NCBI GenBank assembly: GCA_963778655.1
Contig: CAVZVA010000010.1
Span: forward strand, 128,001-192,000
DNA: 64,000 nt
Source of the DNA: an uncultured delta proteobacterium
GTDB taxonomy: Bacteria > Myxococcota_A > Polyangia > Polyangiales > JAFGIB01
Direction: 5' to 3'
The notes beneath the pieces are model-generated. The model had not been told where the DNA came from. It ran no database searches and worked only from the letters and a program-made list of their open reading frames with translations. The translations under genes and the position numbers were made by a program. Of this stretch, positions 32,040-43,058 are shown in pieces; the stretch's first letter is position 1; each line of letters starts with the position of its first letter.

Positions 32040-33858
32040 CGCTGACCCGTTACCCGGGGAGACCGGCCCTAATTCTGAAGGATCCCGGCGCTGAGCCCCT
32101 GGACCTCGTCATGCGAGCGTACGAAGGATCCGCGATCGATCTGACCCGCTTCCTGCGCATTGCCATTGGTTTGGCAACATCCCTTGGCCATTCCCACCGG
32201 CGTGGCCTCATCCACAAGGACGTCAAGCCTGCGAACGCGCTGGTCGACGAGTCCGGGCACGCGTGGCTCACGGGATTCGGCATCGCGTCCCGGCTTCCCC
32301 GCGAGCGCCTGACGCCCGCCCCGCCCGAGGTCATTGCCGGCACCCTCGCCTATATGTCTCCCGAACAGACCGGGCGCATGAACGGCTCCATCGATTCCCG
32401 GAGCGATCTCTACTCGTTGGGCGTCACGTTGTACCAATTGCTGACCGGCGCGCTCCCGTTCGCCGCCGACGATCCTCTGGAGTGGGTCCACTGCCACATC
32501 GCGCGTCAGCCGGTGCCGCCCGCGAAGGGCCTCGCGGTCCCGGAACCGCTGTCTGCCATTGTCATGAAACTTCTCGCCAAGAATGCAGAGGAGCGTTATC
32601 AGACGGCGGCAGGCCTCGAAGCCGATCTTCGGCGATGTCTCGCCGAACAGCAATCCCGTGGTCGCATCGATCCGATGCCTCTGGGCACCGACGACTCCTC
32701 GGATCAATTGCTCATGCCGGAGAAACTGTACGGAAGGGAGCGCGAGGTCGGCACGCTGCTCGCGGCCTTCGATCGGGTGGTGGCGGAGGGCACGGCCGAA
32801 CTCGTGTTGGTCTCCGGGTATTCCGGTGTCGGCAAGTCCTCGGTGGTAAATGAGCTGCACAAGGCGTTGGTTCCGCCGCGCGGACTCTTCGCTGCAGGCA
32901 AAGTCGACCAGTACAAGCGCGACATACCGTACGCGACGCTGGCGCAGGCCTTCCAGAAGCTGATGCGCGAGATTCTGGCCAAGAGCGAAGCCGAGGTGGA
33001 CCGGTGGCGGCACGCCCTTCTGGAGGCGGTGGGCGCGAACGGCCAACTGATGGTCAACCTGATACCCGAAGTCGAATTCGTGATCGGCAAGCAACCGCCC
33101 GTGGCCGATCTGCCCCCGCAAGAAGCGCAGGGACGGTTCCAGTTGGTATTCCGGCGATTCCTCGGCGTCTTCGCCCGCCCGGAGCATCCCCTGGCGTTGT
33201 TCCTCGACGACCTGCAATGGCTGGACGCGGCAACCCTGGAACTGCTGGAGCGCCTGATCACCGATCCGGACGTGCGGCACCTGATGCTCATCGGCGCCTA
33301 CCGCGACAACGAAGTCAATGCATCTCACCCGCTCGTGCGGACACTGGCCACAATCCGCGACGCTGGCGCACGGACGCGGGACATCGTACTTGCGCCGCTC
33401 TGTCTTGACGACGTCGTCCGACTCACCGCCGAGTCCCTGCGTTGTGGGCCGAACTCCGCTCGTCCTCTGGCAGAGCTGGTTCACGGGAAGACCGGCGGCA
33501 ATCCCTTCTTCACCATCCAGTTCATCACCCGAGGCAGAGGCCACCACCGGCCACGGCAGAGTCGATGTCCAGGTTCGACAGGCGGACATCTCCGCATCCG
33601 ATCTTCCCAAGTCCGCGCTTCATTATGTGATGCGAACGAAGGAACGCGTGGTCCTCGATGATGCGTCGGCCCGTAACGCGTATTCGGATGACGAGTACTT
33701 TAGGCAGAGGAAAGCCAAATCTGTCCTCTGCCTGCCAATCGTTAAACAAGCCAAGCTGGTCGGCGTTCTGTATCTGGAAAACAATCTGGCTCCGCGCGTC
33801 TTCACGGCCGGCCGGGTGGCCGTCCTGGACATGCTGGCCTCGCAAGCCGCGATTTCAA
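32040..33858 (+). pseudogene. Ser/Thr kinase-AAA ATPase-GAF sensor kinase, internally deleted and truncated
   Basis: HKDVKPAN, GTLAYMSPEQTG, GYSGVGKS, DDLQW, GGNPFF; then an out-of-frame jump to GAF (LYLENN...LASQAAIS); His-kinase end absent. Confidence 0.88.
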
Positions 33859-34177
33859 GCTCACGATTCGGCATCTCGTTGGTCAGTCCGATGCGTGCAT
33901 TCGCGTTGCAGAGTCGGATTCGACACTCGTTGGCTACTGTCTCGGATTCGAGCACCTCGCCTTTTACGCAAACGGACGCGTCGCCTGGCTCGAGGAAGTC
34001 ATGGTTGCAGAACGCTCGCGTCGTCTCGGAGTCGGTCGGGCGCTCATGGCTTCCTTCGAAGAATGGGCGAAGGGTCGTGGCGCCGTTCTTGTCGGTCTGG
34101 CTACCCGGCGAGCCGCACCCTTCTACGACGCGCTCGGCTACGAGCAGTCGGCGACCTTCTTCCGTCGCATCCTCTGA
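33854..34177 (+). pseudogene. GNAT acetyltransferase, 5'-truncated (not in ORF track)
   Basis: LVGYCLGFEHLAFYANGRVAWLEEVMVAERSRRLGVGRALM...ATRRAAPFYDALGYEQSATFFRRIL-stop. Confidence 0.8.
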
Positions 34178-34241
34178 CCTGCACAAAAGCGCGCGAGTCA
34201 TGAGCGTCGGAACGAACGCCCGAGTGCTTGGCAAGTGGGCC

Positions 34242-34411
34242 GCCTAACTTGGCATTGCAGCTGACTAGCCCCGCCGGTGCTGCTCTGCAGCGCACAGCGT
34301 TCGCGGGCCCGTCGACGCCATTTTGAAACTGCCGCGATGTCGCCGGGCCCGCGGTCGCGCTACGCTCACAGCTCAGGGGCGGGGCTTGCAGCTGAACGCC
34401 AAATTTTGGTG
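34242..34411 (+). mobile_element. Integron attC site (R' box degenerate)
   Basis: R'' GCCTAAC; TTGGCATTGCAGCTGACTAGCCCCGCC pairs with GGCGGGGCTTGCAGCTGAACGCCAA leaving two unpaired bases. Confidence 0.75.
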
Positions 34412-35158
34412 TCAGTCCGCGCAGCGACAGGCACGCGGATTTGAGCGCGGTTTGCGGCGGCTCGGCGCGCCTCGTCCGTGGAGTGCGCTCTACCAGCGGG
34501 CGCAGGGCGAGGAACGCGCCACGATACCCGCCGCGGGCCGGGCCCTGCGCGTGCCCCAGGAAGCGCTTGGCCATGTGCGCCATGAAGGCCGTCGCATCAG
34601 CATCCGAATCTGCCATCGTTCCACCCTCCAAAGCCGTTTCAATACTTAATGGCAGAATCGACACACGAGCGTCGCCTCGACGACGGCCGAACACGACCTG
34701 CACGCTGTTCATGAATCGGCGCCCTGATCGTAGAGCCCGCGAATCGCGATGAAAAATTGTCACCGGTGGCGCCCGGTGCGCACACGCACGCATGATCACA
34801 AATCGGTCAGGCGCCGATGTGGCACGGCGCCGTTTCCGGCGATGGCTGCGCGCCAGCCCGCCCGTACGTCGTCACGGGCGTTCGAGCAGCGCCTTGAGCG
34901 CCGCCAAGTCCTTCTCGGTCGCGCGGCGCATCGCGGCCGCCGCCGCGATTGTCCCAAAATGCCCCACCAGTTCGACCCCTCGCCCTCATCCCTACGAACG
35001 TCAGGGGCGTCAGGGGATTGCCTTGTGCGCCCTGTCGCACGCAGTCTGCCGAATGGGGTCGCGCTCCGAGCAAGCCTTCGCTCCGAGCACGCCTTGAAGA
35101 ACGGAGACGTGACGTGGTAGCAACCGTGCGCGAAGCGCGGTTGCGTTCGGGGGCTCGG

Positions 35159-35848
35159 ATGCGTCGGGTTGTGTTGGGGCTGGCTTTCTTGATCGCGGGG
35201 CAAACCGCCATACGGGGGCTTGCGCAGCCCACCGCGGCAACACCACCGCCGGGCGTTTCGCAGGCCAACGACGACACGGCCCGGGGCCTCTATCAGGCCG
35301 GCAAGGCCGCGTACGAGGCCGGCAACTTCAAGGAAGCGCTGGGGTTCTTCGAGCAAGCCTACCAGCACAGTCCGCGACCGGGCTTCTTGTTCAACATCGG
35401 ACAGGTCGCGGACCGGCTGCGCCAGGACGACAAAGCGATCACGGCCTTCAAGGCGTATCTCGACCAGGTGCCGCGCGCTGACAACCGCGCTGAAGTGCAG
35501 CAGCGATTGAGTGCGCTCGAAGAAGCAAAACGCCAGCGAGAAGCCGCTGCGGCGGCGCCCGCTGCACCCACGACGACCCGGGCCCCCGCGCCGGCCTCCG
35601 CTCCAAGTCCGACCACCGTAGCCGCGAGTGCGTCGTCAGCACCGAACGACGCCGCGTTGACCCATCCTGAGCCCCAAGACGAGACGCCACCGGGCAAGCC
35701 GGTGACCAAGCAGTGGTGGTTCTGGACGGGCCTTGGTGCGGTGGTGGTCGGTGGAGCAGCCGTTGCGCTTGCGGTCGCCCTCGGCGGCGGCAGCGCCGGA
35801 CAGCCAGCTCCATTCCAAGGGAGCGCCAGGGCCGTACGGGGGCCGTAG
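35159..35848 (+). CDS. TPR-containing exported protein with C-terminal membrane segment
   Basis: Signal peptide, YQAGKAAYEAG...LFNIGQ TPR, KQWWFWTGLG anchor. Confidence 0.85.
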   Translation: MRRVVLGLAFLIAGQTAIRGLAQPTAATPPPGVSQANDDTARGLYQAGKAAYEAGNFKEALGFFEQAYQHSPRPGFLFNIGQVADRLRQDDKAITAFKAYLDQVPRADNRAEVQQRLSALEEAKRQREAAAAAPAAPTTTRAPAPASAPSPTTVAASASSAPNDAALTHPEPQDETPPGKPVTKQWWFWTGLGAVVVGGAAVALAVALGGGSAGQPAPFQGSARAVRGP

Positions 35849-35862
35849 GCAGGGGGCCGGAG

Positions 35863-37827
35863 ATGAAGCTCGTGCGGTCAGCGATCCTGGTTTCGACGCT
35901 CTGCGTGCTCGCCTCGGCCTGTGCAAAGTCCAAGCAAACGCCGCTCACCCAGATCGTGGTGGCGATCACGAGCGACTTGGCGCCCGTGGCTGAGCTTTCG
36001 CGGATCGAGGTGAAGATCAGCAAGCGCGACGGAAGCGACGTCGTGTCGATGCGAGATTTCACGTTGGTGGTGAAGAACCCCAAGGCCGGCGAGCAGGCGC
36101 TGCCGGTGACTTTTGCGGTCACCAAGGGAACGCAGTCGTCCTTCTTGCTTGTGGTGACCGGCTATGGACCGCTTGGGGCGGGCGGTGCCGAGGAAGCGAT
36201 CGTCGAGGAGCGTTACATCGCCACGTTTCAAGAACACGAGACCCGACTGCTCCAAGTCTTCCTCGGGCGCGTATGTCTGAACCAGCTTTGCGGCGGCACC
36301 GGCGTGCAGGTCTGCTATCCGGCGGACAACGGCACCGTGAAGGCTGGGGAGTGCGGGCAGATCCTCTCGCTTGGCAGCGGCGACCTGAAGCAGGTGGACC
36401 CGAGCAAGCTGCCGAACCTGGCTCAACTGCCTATGGGGGTCACGGTGCTCGACGCCGGTGCTGGTGACGCTCAAGGGCAGGGTGGCGACGCGGCGATGGA
36501 TGCCGGCTCTGCCGACGCAGGCGTGGGTGGGACGGGTGGGGTTGGTGGTCTCGGCGGTCAGGGAGGGAGCGACAGCGGTGGCAGCGGCGAGGCGGGATCG
36601 GACTGCGACCGCGGAGGCCCTACAGGCTGCACTGAAATATGCGGCGATGGACGGCTCGTGGGGAACGAGGCCAAGGCGGGCGGCTGCGACGACAAGAACA
36701 CGATGTCCGGCGACGGTTGCAGCGCGTCGTGCCGGGTAGAGGCCGGCTACACGTGCACTGGCGAGCCTTCGACGTGCTCGGACATCGACGAGTGTAGCGA
36801 AGGGACGAACGACTGCAGCGCAAACGCCAAGTGCACGAATACGCCCGGGAGCTTCACCTGCGCGTGCAACGCAGGCTACTCCGGGGATGGCGTCAACTGC
36901 ACTCTGCCATCCTGCACGGGGATGACGGGCACGGAGTGCCAGGGCGGGGACTGCTGCGCCAGCCTCCCGGTCTCAGGCGGCGCATTCTACCAGCGCTACG
37001 ATGGCGTGACCTCCGGATACACCAGCGAAGCCAACCCAGCCACAATCAGCGACTTTCGCTTGGACAAGTACGACATCACCGTCGGGAGGTTTCGGAACTT
37101 CGTGACGGCGTGGGACGGCGGCTGGCGACCGAACGACGGCGCCGGCAAGCACGCGTACCTCAACGGGGGCAGCGGGCTCGTCGCGACCGGGGGCGCGTAC
37201 GAGCCCGGTTGGGACGCCGCGAACTGGACCTCATTGCTCGCGACGACACCGAGCGAGTGGGACGCGAATCTCGCCTGCAGCTCCACTTTTGCGACGTGGA
37301 CGAGCTCCTCGGCGGACCACGAGGAACGAGCGATCACTTGCATCACGTGGTACGAGGCCTATGCGTTCTGCATCTGGGACGGCGGCTTCTTGCCCAGCGC
37401 CGCTGAGTGGAACTACGCGGCCGCCGGCGGCGATGAGCAGCGGGTGTACCCGTGGTCGAGTCCACCGAGCTCGGCGAGCATCGATTGTAGCCATGCGAAC
37501 TACAAGGGTGCGTCGGGTGGAATGGACTATTGCACTTTGCCGGGGGTTGGGGGTGTGACCGACGTCGGAGCAGAATCGCCGAACGGTGACGGTCGCTATG
37601 GCCAGGCGGACCTGGTCGGCAACGTGTGGCAATGGGATCTGGACTACAGCGGCTCACTGTCCGCGACCTGCAACGACTGTACCGACCTGACCCCTGCCTC
37701 GCAGCGCATCTTCGTGGGTGGAAGCTTCGGCTACGACGCGTCTGCTCTGGTGTCGTCCTATCGCTGGGCCGCCTCCCCATCGCTTCGTGGCGGCGACGTC
37801 GGGGCCCGTTGCGCGAGGGCTCCCTAG
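35863..37827 (+). CDS. Lipoprotein with Cys-rich repeat, EGF-Ca and FGE-sulfatase (SUMF1) domains
   Basis: ASAC lipobox, CGDG...CDD.N...GDGCSASC, DIDEC...CTNTPGSFTC, LPSAAEWNYAA, DLVGNVWQW. Confidence 0.88.
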   Translation: MKLVRSAILVSTLCVLASACAKSKQTPLTQIVVAITSDLAPVAELSRIEVKISKRDGSDVVSMRDFTLVVKNPKAGEQALPVTFAVTKGTQSSFLLVVTGYGPLGAGGAEEAIVEERYIATFQEHETRLLQVFLGRVCLNQLCGGTGVQVCYPADNGTVKAGECGQILSLGSGDLKQVDPSKLPNLAQLPMGVTVLDAGAGDAQGQGGDAAMDAGSADAGVGGTGGVGGLGGQGGSDSGGSGEAGSDCDRGGPTGCTEICGDGRLVGNEAKAGGCDDKNTMSGDGCSASCRVEAGYTCTGEPSTCSDIDECSEGTNDCSANAKCTNTPGSFTCACNAGYSGDGVNCTLPSCTGMTGTECQGGDCCASLPVSGGAFYQRYDGVTSGYTSEANPATISDFRLDKYDITVGRFRNFVTAWDGGWRPNDGAGKHAYLNGGSGLVATGGAYEPGWDAANWTSLLATTPSEWDANLACSSTFATWTSSSADHEERAITCITWYEAYAFCIWDGGFLPSAAEWNYAAAGGDEQRVYPWSSPPSSASIDCSHANYKGASGGMDYCTLPGVGGVTDVGAESPNGDGRYGQADLVGNVWQWDLDYSGSLSATCNDCTDLTPASQRIFVGGSFGYDASALVSSYRWAASPSLRGGDVGARCARAP

Positions 37828-38029
37828 TCCGTCGCCCCGCCCGCGCAAACGGCCGACACGCCCAGGCACTTCCATCACGAGCGCGTGCCGAACAGGAAGG
37901 AAATCTACGGCTGACCCGGACCCCAGCGACGTTCTAGTTTGCTGTTTAGTGAATAACATGGCATAAATGATCGCGCGTCTCGTTGGTCGTGGCTGCCGGC
38001 TTCGGACCGCGAGAGGGCCCAGGCCCTAG

Positions 38030-38382
38030 CATGAACGTCACGCTCGAGGACACGCTGGCTGCACTTCGCGCGCTCCGAGGGCTGGGTGTTTCCGAACGGA
38101 GCTGGCAAGCCGTGCGCGAACGGCTCGCTGCATGCAGCAAACAAGCGGGTGCTGGCTCACGCCAAGATCACCAAGCGCGTCACGATCCATGGCCTGCGGC
38201 GCACGGCGACGGACCTGCTCCGGCGCGCCGCGGTTGACCCGGTCGCGGCCAAGGCGATCATCGGGCACACCACCGACCGCATGCGCGAGCACTACTCGAC
38301 CGTGGGCGCCGACGAGGCCCGCGGCAGCGGGCAGCGCACCATCTCGCTCGTGCCTGCGGTGCAGCGCACCCCAAGTGGTTGA
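38030..38382 (+). pseudogene. Tyrosine integrase C-terminal fragment
   Basis: TIHGLRRT...IIGHTTDRMREHYSTV (HxLR, GH, catalytic Y); N-terminal part absent. Confidence 0.88.
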
Positions 38383-38489
38383 TCGAGTGGTTGATCGACC
38401 CTCTGGGGCCCGGCTCGCCAGCTCGACCACTCCGCTAAGTGCTGGCAGCGCTTGACCAAATCGTAGAGCGGGAGAAGGGATTCGAACCC
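38373..38489. repeat. att half-site: arm-type tandem repeat plus 24 bp of the tRNA-Gly 3' end
   Basis: AGTGGTTGATCG x2 (38374-38397); GAGCGGGAGAAGGGATTCGAACCC (38466-38489). Confidence 0.8.
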
Positions 38490-38952
38490 GTTCGCAAGCG
38501 TTCTTCTAACCTGGCGACATCGCACGTCTTTCTGGCCTACAGGTTCGTAATCGCTCCGTCTTTCACCCTCCCACGAATCCACTGCAGTCCACCCGTGTCG
38601 ACAGCAATCGACCCTGGTTTTGGAGACGTTTTGGAGACGGTGGCACCCCCGATTGTGCATCTCGGGGATCGTGCTCGGCCGAAGCTCACTTCGAGGGTGA
38701 AGGCTTCGCTGCCGCCGCGTACTGCGCGGAGGTTCCAGTCCAGCCCCACGTTGGTGTGGCTGCACCAGCAAGCTGTGGAACCCCGCGCGCCCACTCCTCA
38801 TGAAGCAGCGACTTGTCGACCTGTTGGTAGAACGCGGAGTCAACGAGGCCACGGAGCGCTCGGGCTATGCCCGCGACGTCCCACCGCTTCTCTTGTGGCA
38901 AACTGTGCGACGTACAGGGATCGTGGAGACGTCTTCTCATCCGAAGCGCCGG

Positions 38953-39246
38953 TCATGCGCAGCAGACAATGGGCCGGCAGCTCTCCCGCGGCGCGTGCGC
39001 CTGCGTTCTCCTCGTTCTTTTGGCACCGAAGGCGCCGAGGTGGCCGAGGCACGCGGCCGAATCGGCGTAGCGCTCCAGCACGTGCATGGTCTTGCCGTCC
39101 TGCGAGATGCTGAAGCGGTAGTCGAGCGCGCCCGGCTCGGCCCGTGTGGACTCCACCATCGCGTTCATCAGCTGCTCGAGGGCCACGCGTTGCCCGTCAT
39201 TGATTCGCACTTCCAGCACCCAGCAGACGTTCTGCTTGTCGGTCAT
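38953..39246 (-). pseudogene. Antibiotic-biosynthesis-monooxygenase (ABM) family protein, 3' end disrupted
   Basis: STRAEPGALDYRF...HVLERYADSAACLGHL. Confidence 0.7.
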
Positions 39247-39456
39247 GGTGATTGATTTGCTCCTGGTGGCTTGCCGCGCCCGCGTCCCTCGCGGGTCGGT
39301 CGTGATGCTTTCAGCTAGCCAGCAGGCGCTTCCGAGCACATGGGTAGAACCACCCAGAAGCCGCCAAATGGGCGGGCCGATTGCTCCGGGCCAGGGGCCG
39401 GAATGGCCCGAGCCGGGCGCGGTTTCGCCACGCGCCGGACCGTGTTATCCAGGTCC

Positions 39457-40644
39457 ATGCGCTGCGCGTCGTTGCTCGCGCTCTCGCTCTTCGTCGCGGG
39501 CGTCGCCGCTGCGTGCAGCGGCGGCAGAGCGAGCGAAGGCGGCGGCGCATCGGGCGCGGGCGGGCAAGGCGGCGGCGCTCCGGGCGCAAGCGGGGGCGCG
39601 AGTGCCGTGGGCGGTCAGGGCGGCACCGGCGCGACCGGTGGGACGGGAGGCGGCGGCGCGGCGGGCAGCGCCGGCAACACGGGCGGCAGCGCGGGACCGG
39701 ACGCCGCGACCGACGCCGGCCCCGCGGACGGCGGCGTGACGAACGGCGACGCCGGCGGCGGCGCGTTGCCCGAAGGCAATACCGGCATCGCTGCCAACCA
39801 TCCGGGCGACCTGGGCATCGCGAGCGATCCCGATGTGATCTTCGCCGACGATTTCGAAAGCTACGCGCCGACCGCGATGGGGCAGGACTTCACGACGCGC
39901 TGGGACTCGGTCTACCAGAACCAGTACGTGAGCATCGCGACCGACGCGGCCAACGTGCACGCCGGCAAGCAGGCGCTCGAGCTCACGCTGCCGCAGCAGA
40001 CCGCCGAGCTCAGCGACGGCACCGACAAGGTCCTGACGCAGGAACGCGACACGCTGTACCTGCGCTACTACGGCAAGTTCCAACCGCCGTTCGACGTGGT
40101 GGGCTCGAGTCACAACGGGTCGAGCATCTCCGCCCACTACTTCGACGGCAACATGGCCACGCCCGGCGTGCCGGCAGACGGCACCAACAAGTTCCTCGTC
40201 AATCTCGAGAGCTGGCGCGGCGACGCCTCGACCATGTCGCCCGGCCTGCTCAACGTCTACGTCTATCACCCCGAGCAGCGCACGCAGTACGGCGACCACT
40301 TCTACCCGACCGGGCTCGTCGATCCGAACACCAGCATCCCGTTCGACTTCGGCCCGGATTTCGTGCCCCGCCCCGACGTGATTCCGGAGCTCGGGCGCTG
40401 GTATTGCTACGAGTACATGGTGCACGCCAACACCCCGGGCCAACGCGACGGGCGCATCGCGATCTGGCTCGACGGCAAGCTGGTGGCCGATTTCGGCAAC
40501 CTGCGCTTCCGCGACATCGCCAGCTTGAAGATCGACCGCTTCGGCCTGTCGTTCCACATCAAGAGCAACCCGAACGGCGAGGCCAAGAAGTGGTACGACG
40601 ACGTGGTCGCCGCCACCCGCTACATCGGCCCGATGGTGCAGTGA
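39457..40644 (+). CDS. Gly-rich lipoprotein with polysaccharide-lyase/LamG-like beta-sandwich
   Basis: AAAC lipobox; IFADDFE, LYLRYY, GRWYCYEYMV.ANTPG..DG.IAIWLDG, WYDDVVAAT. Confidence 0.75.
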   Translation: MRCASLLALSLFVAGVAAACSGGRASEGGGASGAGGQGGGAPGASGGASAVGGQGGTGATGGTGGGGAAGSAGNTGGSAGPDAATDAGPADGGVTNGDAGGGALPEGNTGIAANHPGDLGIASDPDVIFADDFESYAPTAMGQDFTTRWDSVYQNQYVSIATDAANVHAGKQALELTLPQQTAELSDGTDKVLTQERDTLYLRYYGKFQPPFDVVGSSHNGSSISAHYFDGNMATPGVPADGTNKFLVNLESWRGDASTMSPGLLNVYVYHPEQRTQYGDHFYPTGLVDPNTSIPFDFGPDFVPRPDVIPELGRWYCYEYMVHANTPGQRDGRIAIWLDGKLVADFGNLRFRDIASLKIDRFGLSFHIKSNPNGEAKKWYDDVVAATRYIGPMVQ

Positions 40645-40735
40645 AGCCCGAAGCGCCGCCCGCGACCCGTGGCCCGGCGCAGCCCGGTGTCTACGTGAGT
40701 GGGCAGCCGCACGCCGGCCCACCGGAGGTGACGCG

Positions 40736-41935
40736 ATGGCAGCCCCCAGACAGCTCCTGATCGAAGGCGCGGTGGCCAAGGCCTTCGAGCCCGTGCGCGA
40801 GGCGTTCATCGAGAATTTCGCGCGCCGCCGCGAGCTGGGCGGCGCGTGCTGCATCTACCAGCACGGCGAAAAGGTGGTGGACCTGTGGGGCGGCCTGCGC
40901 GATCGGGTAAGCGGCGAGCCGTGGCGGGCCGACACCATGGTCGTCGTCCACTCGACCACCAAGGGCTTGTCGGCGCTGGCCATGGCGCTCGCCTGTTCGC
41001 GCGGCCTGCTCGACTACGACGAGCGCGTCTGCGCGTACTGGCCGGAGTTCGCGCAGGCCGGCAAGGAGCGCATCACCGTGCGTCAGCTGCTCGCCCACCA
41101 GGCGGGGCTATTCGGGTTCGACGACCCGGTCGACCGCGAGGTGGTGGCCGACCTCGGTCGTCTGGCCGCGGTCATGGCGCGCCAGCGCCCCGCGTGGGAG
41201 CCGGGCGAGCGGCAGGCGTACCACGCGATCACGCTCGGCTTCTACGAGAGCGAGCTGATCCGCCGGGTCGATCCGGCGCACCGCAGCCTGGGTCGCTTCT
41301 TCGCCGACGAGCTCGCAGCGCCGCTCGGCCTCGAGTTCTACATCGGCCTGCCCGACGCGATCCCCGAAAGCCGCGTGGCGCCGCTCGAGCCGCCGCGCCT
41401 GCGCGAGCGCCTGGTCGGGATGCCGCTGCCGGTCGTGCTGGCGTCGATGAGCAAGCACTCGGTGCTCTACCGTTCGCTGATCGCCAACCCCGGCACGGGG
41501 TTCTACGTCGATGCCCAGCGCCGCGTGGTGCGAAACCTGGAGGTCCCCTCAGGAGGCGGCGTCGGCACTGCGCGCGCGATCGCCAAGGCCTACGGCGTGT
41601 TCGCGGCCGGCGGACGCGAGCTCGGGCTGCGCCCGGAAACCCTCGAAGCGCTGAAGGCGCCGGCGGTTCCGCCGCGCCGCGGCTTCTTCGACGAGTGTCT
41701 GCGCGGAGCCGCGCGCTTCTCGCTGGGCTTCATGAAGCCCAGCGAAGGGTTCCCCTTCGGTCATCCGGGCGCATACGGCGCGCCCGGCGCCGGCGGCTCG
41801 ATGGGCTACGCCGACCCGGAGCTGGGCATCGGCTACGGCTATGTGACGAACACGATGGGCATGAGCCTGTCGGGCGATCCGCGCGACGTGGCGCTGCGCG
41901 CCGCGATCCCGGAAAGCGCCCGGCGCGCCGCGTAG
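40736..41935 (+). CDS. Serine hydrolase, beta-lactamase-related esterase
   Basis: STTK (SxxK), LLAHQAG, YHA, GAGGS. Confidence 0.92.
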   Translation: MAAPRQLLIEGAVAKAFEPVREAFIENFARRRELGGACCIYQHGEKVVDLWGGLRDRVSGEPWRADTMVVVHSTTKGLSALAMALACSRGLLDYDERVCAYWPEFAQAGKERITVRQLLAHQAGLFGFDDPVDREVVADLGRLAAVMARQRPAWEPGERQAYHAITLGFYESELIRRVDPAHRSLGRFFADELAAPLGLEFYIGLPDAIPESRVAPLEPPRLRERLVGMPLPVVLASMSKHSVLYRSLIANPGTGFYVDAQRRVVRNLEVPSGGGVGTARAIAKAYGVFAAGGRELGLRPETLEALKAPAVPPRRGFFDECLRGAARFSLGFMKPSEGFPFGHPGAYGAPGAGGSMGYADPELGIGYGYVTNTMGMSLSGDPRDVALRAAIPESARRAA

Positions 41936-41953
41936 CGGGCGCGGGCCGCCTCG

Positions 41954-42943
41954 CTACGAGCGCTGCCCGTCGCGAAAGCGCGCGTGCGCGCGCCAGCCGA
42001 GCACGCCGACGACGGTCAGCAAGCCGCCGGTCCCGATTGCGATCGCCGCCGCGTCGGCCAACTCCCACAGCCGCACCGCGCGACGCAGCGCGCTGTGCTC
42101 GGGGTGGCGGTGGCCCGACGAGCCAGCCGCCGCGGAGTGCGCGCGCGGATGGGTTTTCGATCGCACCCGCTTGGGCTGGACCGGACCGTGAACGGCGGAC
42201 GGCTGCACGGCGGCAGCGGCGACGCTCGCGGGCTCCTCGGCCTGCGCCTCGCCGGCAGGTTCGGCGGTCTCTTCGTCCGTGGCCTGCGCTGCTTGCTCGG
42301 CACCAGGCTCGGGCGCAGCTCGCTCCTCCTGCGGGGGCTGCGCCGTAGGCGCGGGTGGCTGCTCGGCGTCGGCAGCAGCGGGCTGCGGCGCAGTCGCGGC
42401 TTCGGGCGCGCTCGCCACCGGCGCCGCTTGGACCGGCACCGTCGCGGGCACGTTCCACAGATCGGCGCCACCGTGGAAGTACGCGCCGCCAGGTTGCCCC
42501 TGGGCAGGGATGCTGGTCGCTTCCGCGCCATTCGAGAAGAGCTCGGCGCCCGGTCGACCTGCCGCGGGCACGCTCGTGGCGTCGGCGCCACGCGAGAACA
42601 ACGGATTGGGCGGCTGGCCGGGCGGCGCCACGCTGGTCACCTCGGCACCGCTGGAGAAGTAGGGATTGGACAGCGCGCCCGGCGACACGACGGTGGTCGA
42701 CTGGGCGCCCTGCGAGAAATACAGGCTACCCGGCGGGACGGTGGTGGCTTCGGCGCCGTTGGAGAAGTACTGGCCGCCGGGCTGGCTCGGCCCCGGCACG
42801 CTGGTCGCTTCCGCGCCGTTCGACATGTACTGCTGGGCAGGGTCCGGGCTCGATTGCGCCCGGGCCGTCGCGGCTCCGATCAGGGAAAGACACGCAACCA
42901 CCGCACAGTCGCGCGCCGCCATCCTGAAACCTGAGCTACCCAT
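41954..42943 (-). CDS. Secreted/membrane-anchored protein with seven FSxGAEATSVP-like repeats
   Basis: Signal peptide ending ARA, repeat region, Pro/Ala/Glu linker, C-terminal hydrophobic helix and basic tail; GGAGG RBS. Confidence 0.75.
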   Translation of the reverse strand: MGSSGFRMAARDCAVVACLSLIGAATARAQSSPDPAQQYMSNGAEATSVPGPSQPGGQYFSNGAEATTVPPGSLYFSQGAQSTTVVSPGALSNPYFSSGAEVTSVAPPGQPPNPLFSRGADATSVPAAGRPGAELFSNGAEATSIPAQGQPGGAYFHGGADLWNVPATVPVQAAPVASAPEAATAPQPAAADAEQPPAPTAQPPQEERAAPEPGAEQAAQATDEETAEPAGEAQAEEPASVAAAAVQPSAVHGPVQPKRVRSKTHPRAHSAAAGSSGHRHPEHSALRRAVRLWELADAAAIAIGTGGLLTVVGVLGWRAHARFRDGQRS

Positions 42944-43058
42944 CGCGCCCTCCACGGACCGAGGCTCGCTGCAGCGTACCCTGGAAAAGCCACGGGCGCC
43001 GCGGCCCCAGCATGGGGGGTGAGCGGCGGGCGCGCGGCCGGGCATACTGGTCCAAGCC

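Noticed and set aside
40736..41935. True beta-lactamase
   Set aside because: LLAHQAG and YHA motifs and the absence of a signal peptide fit beta-lactamase-fold esterases.
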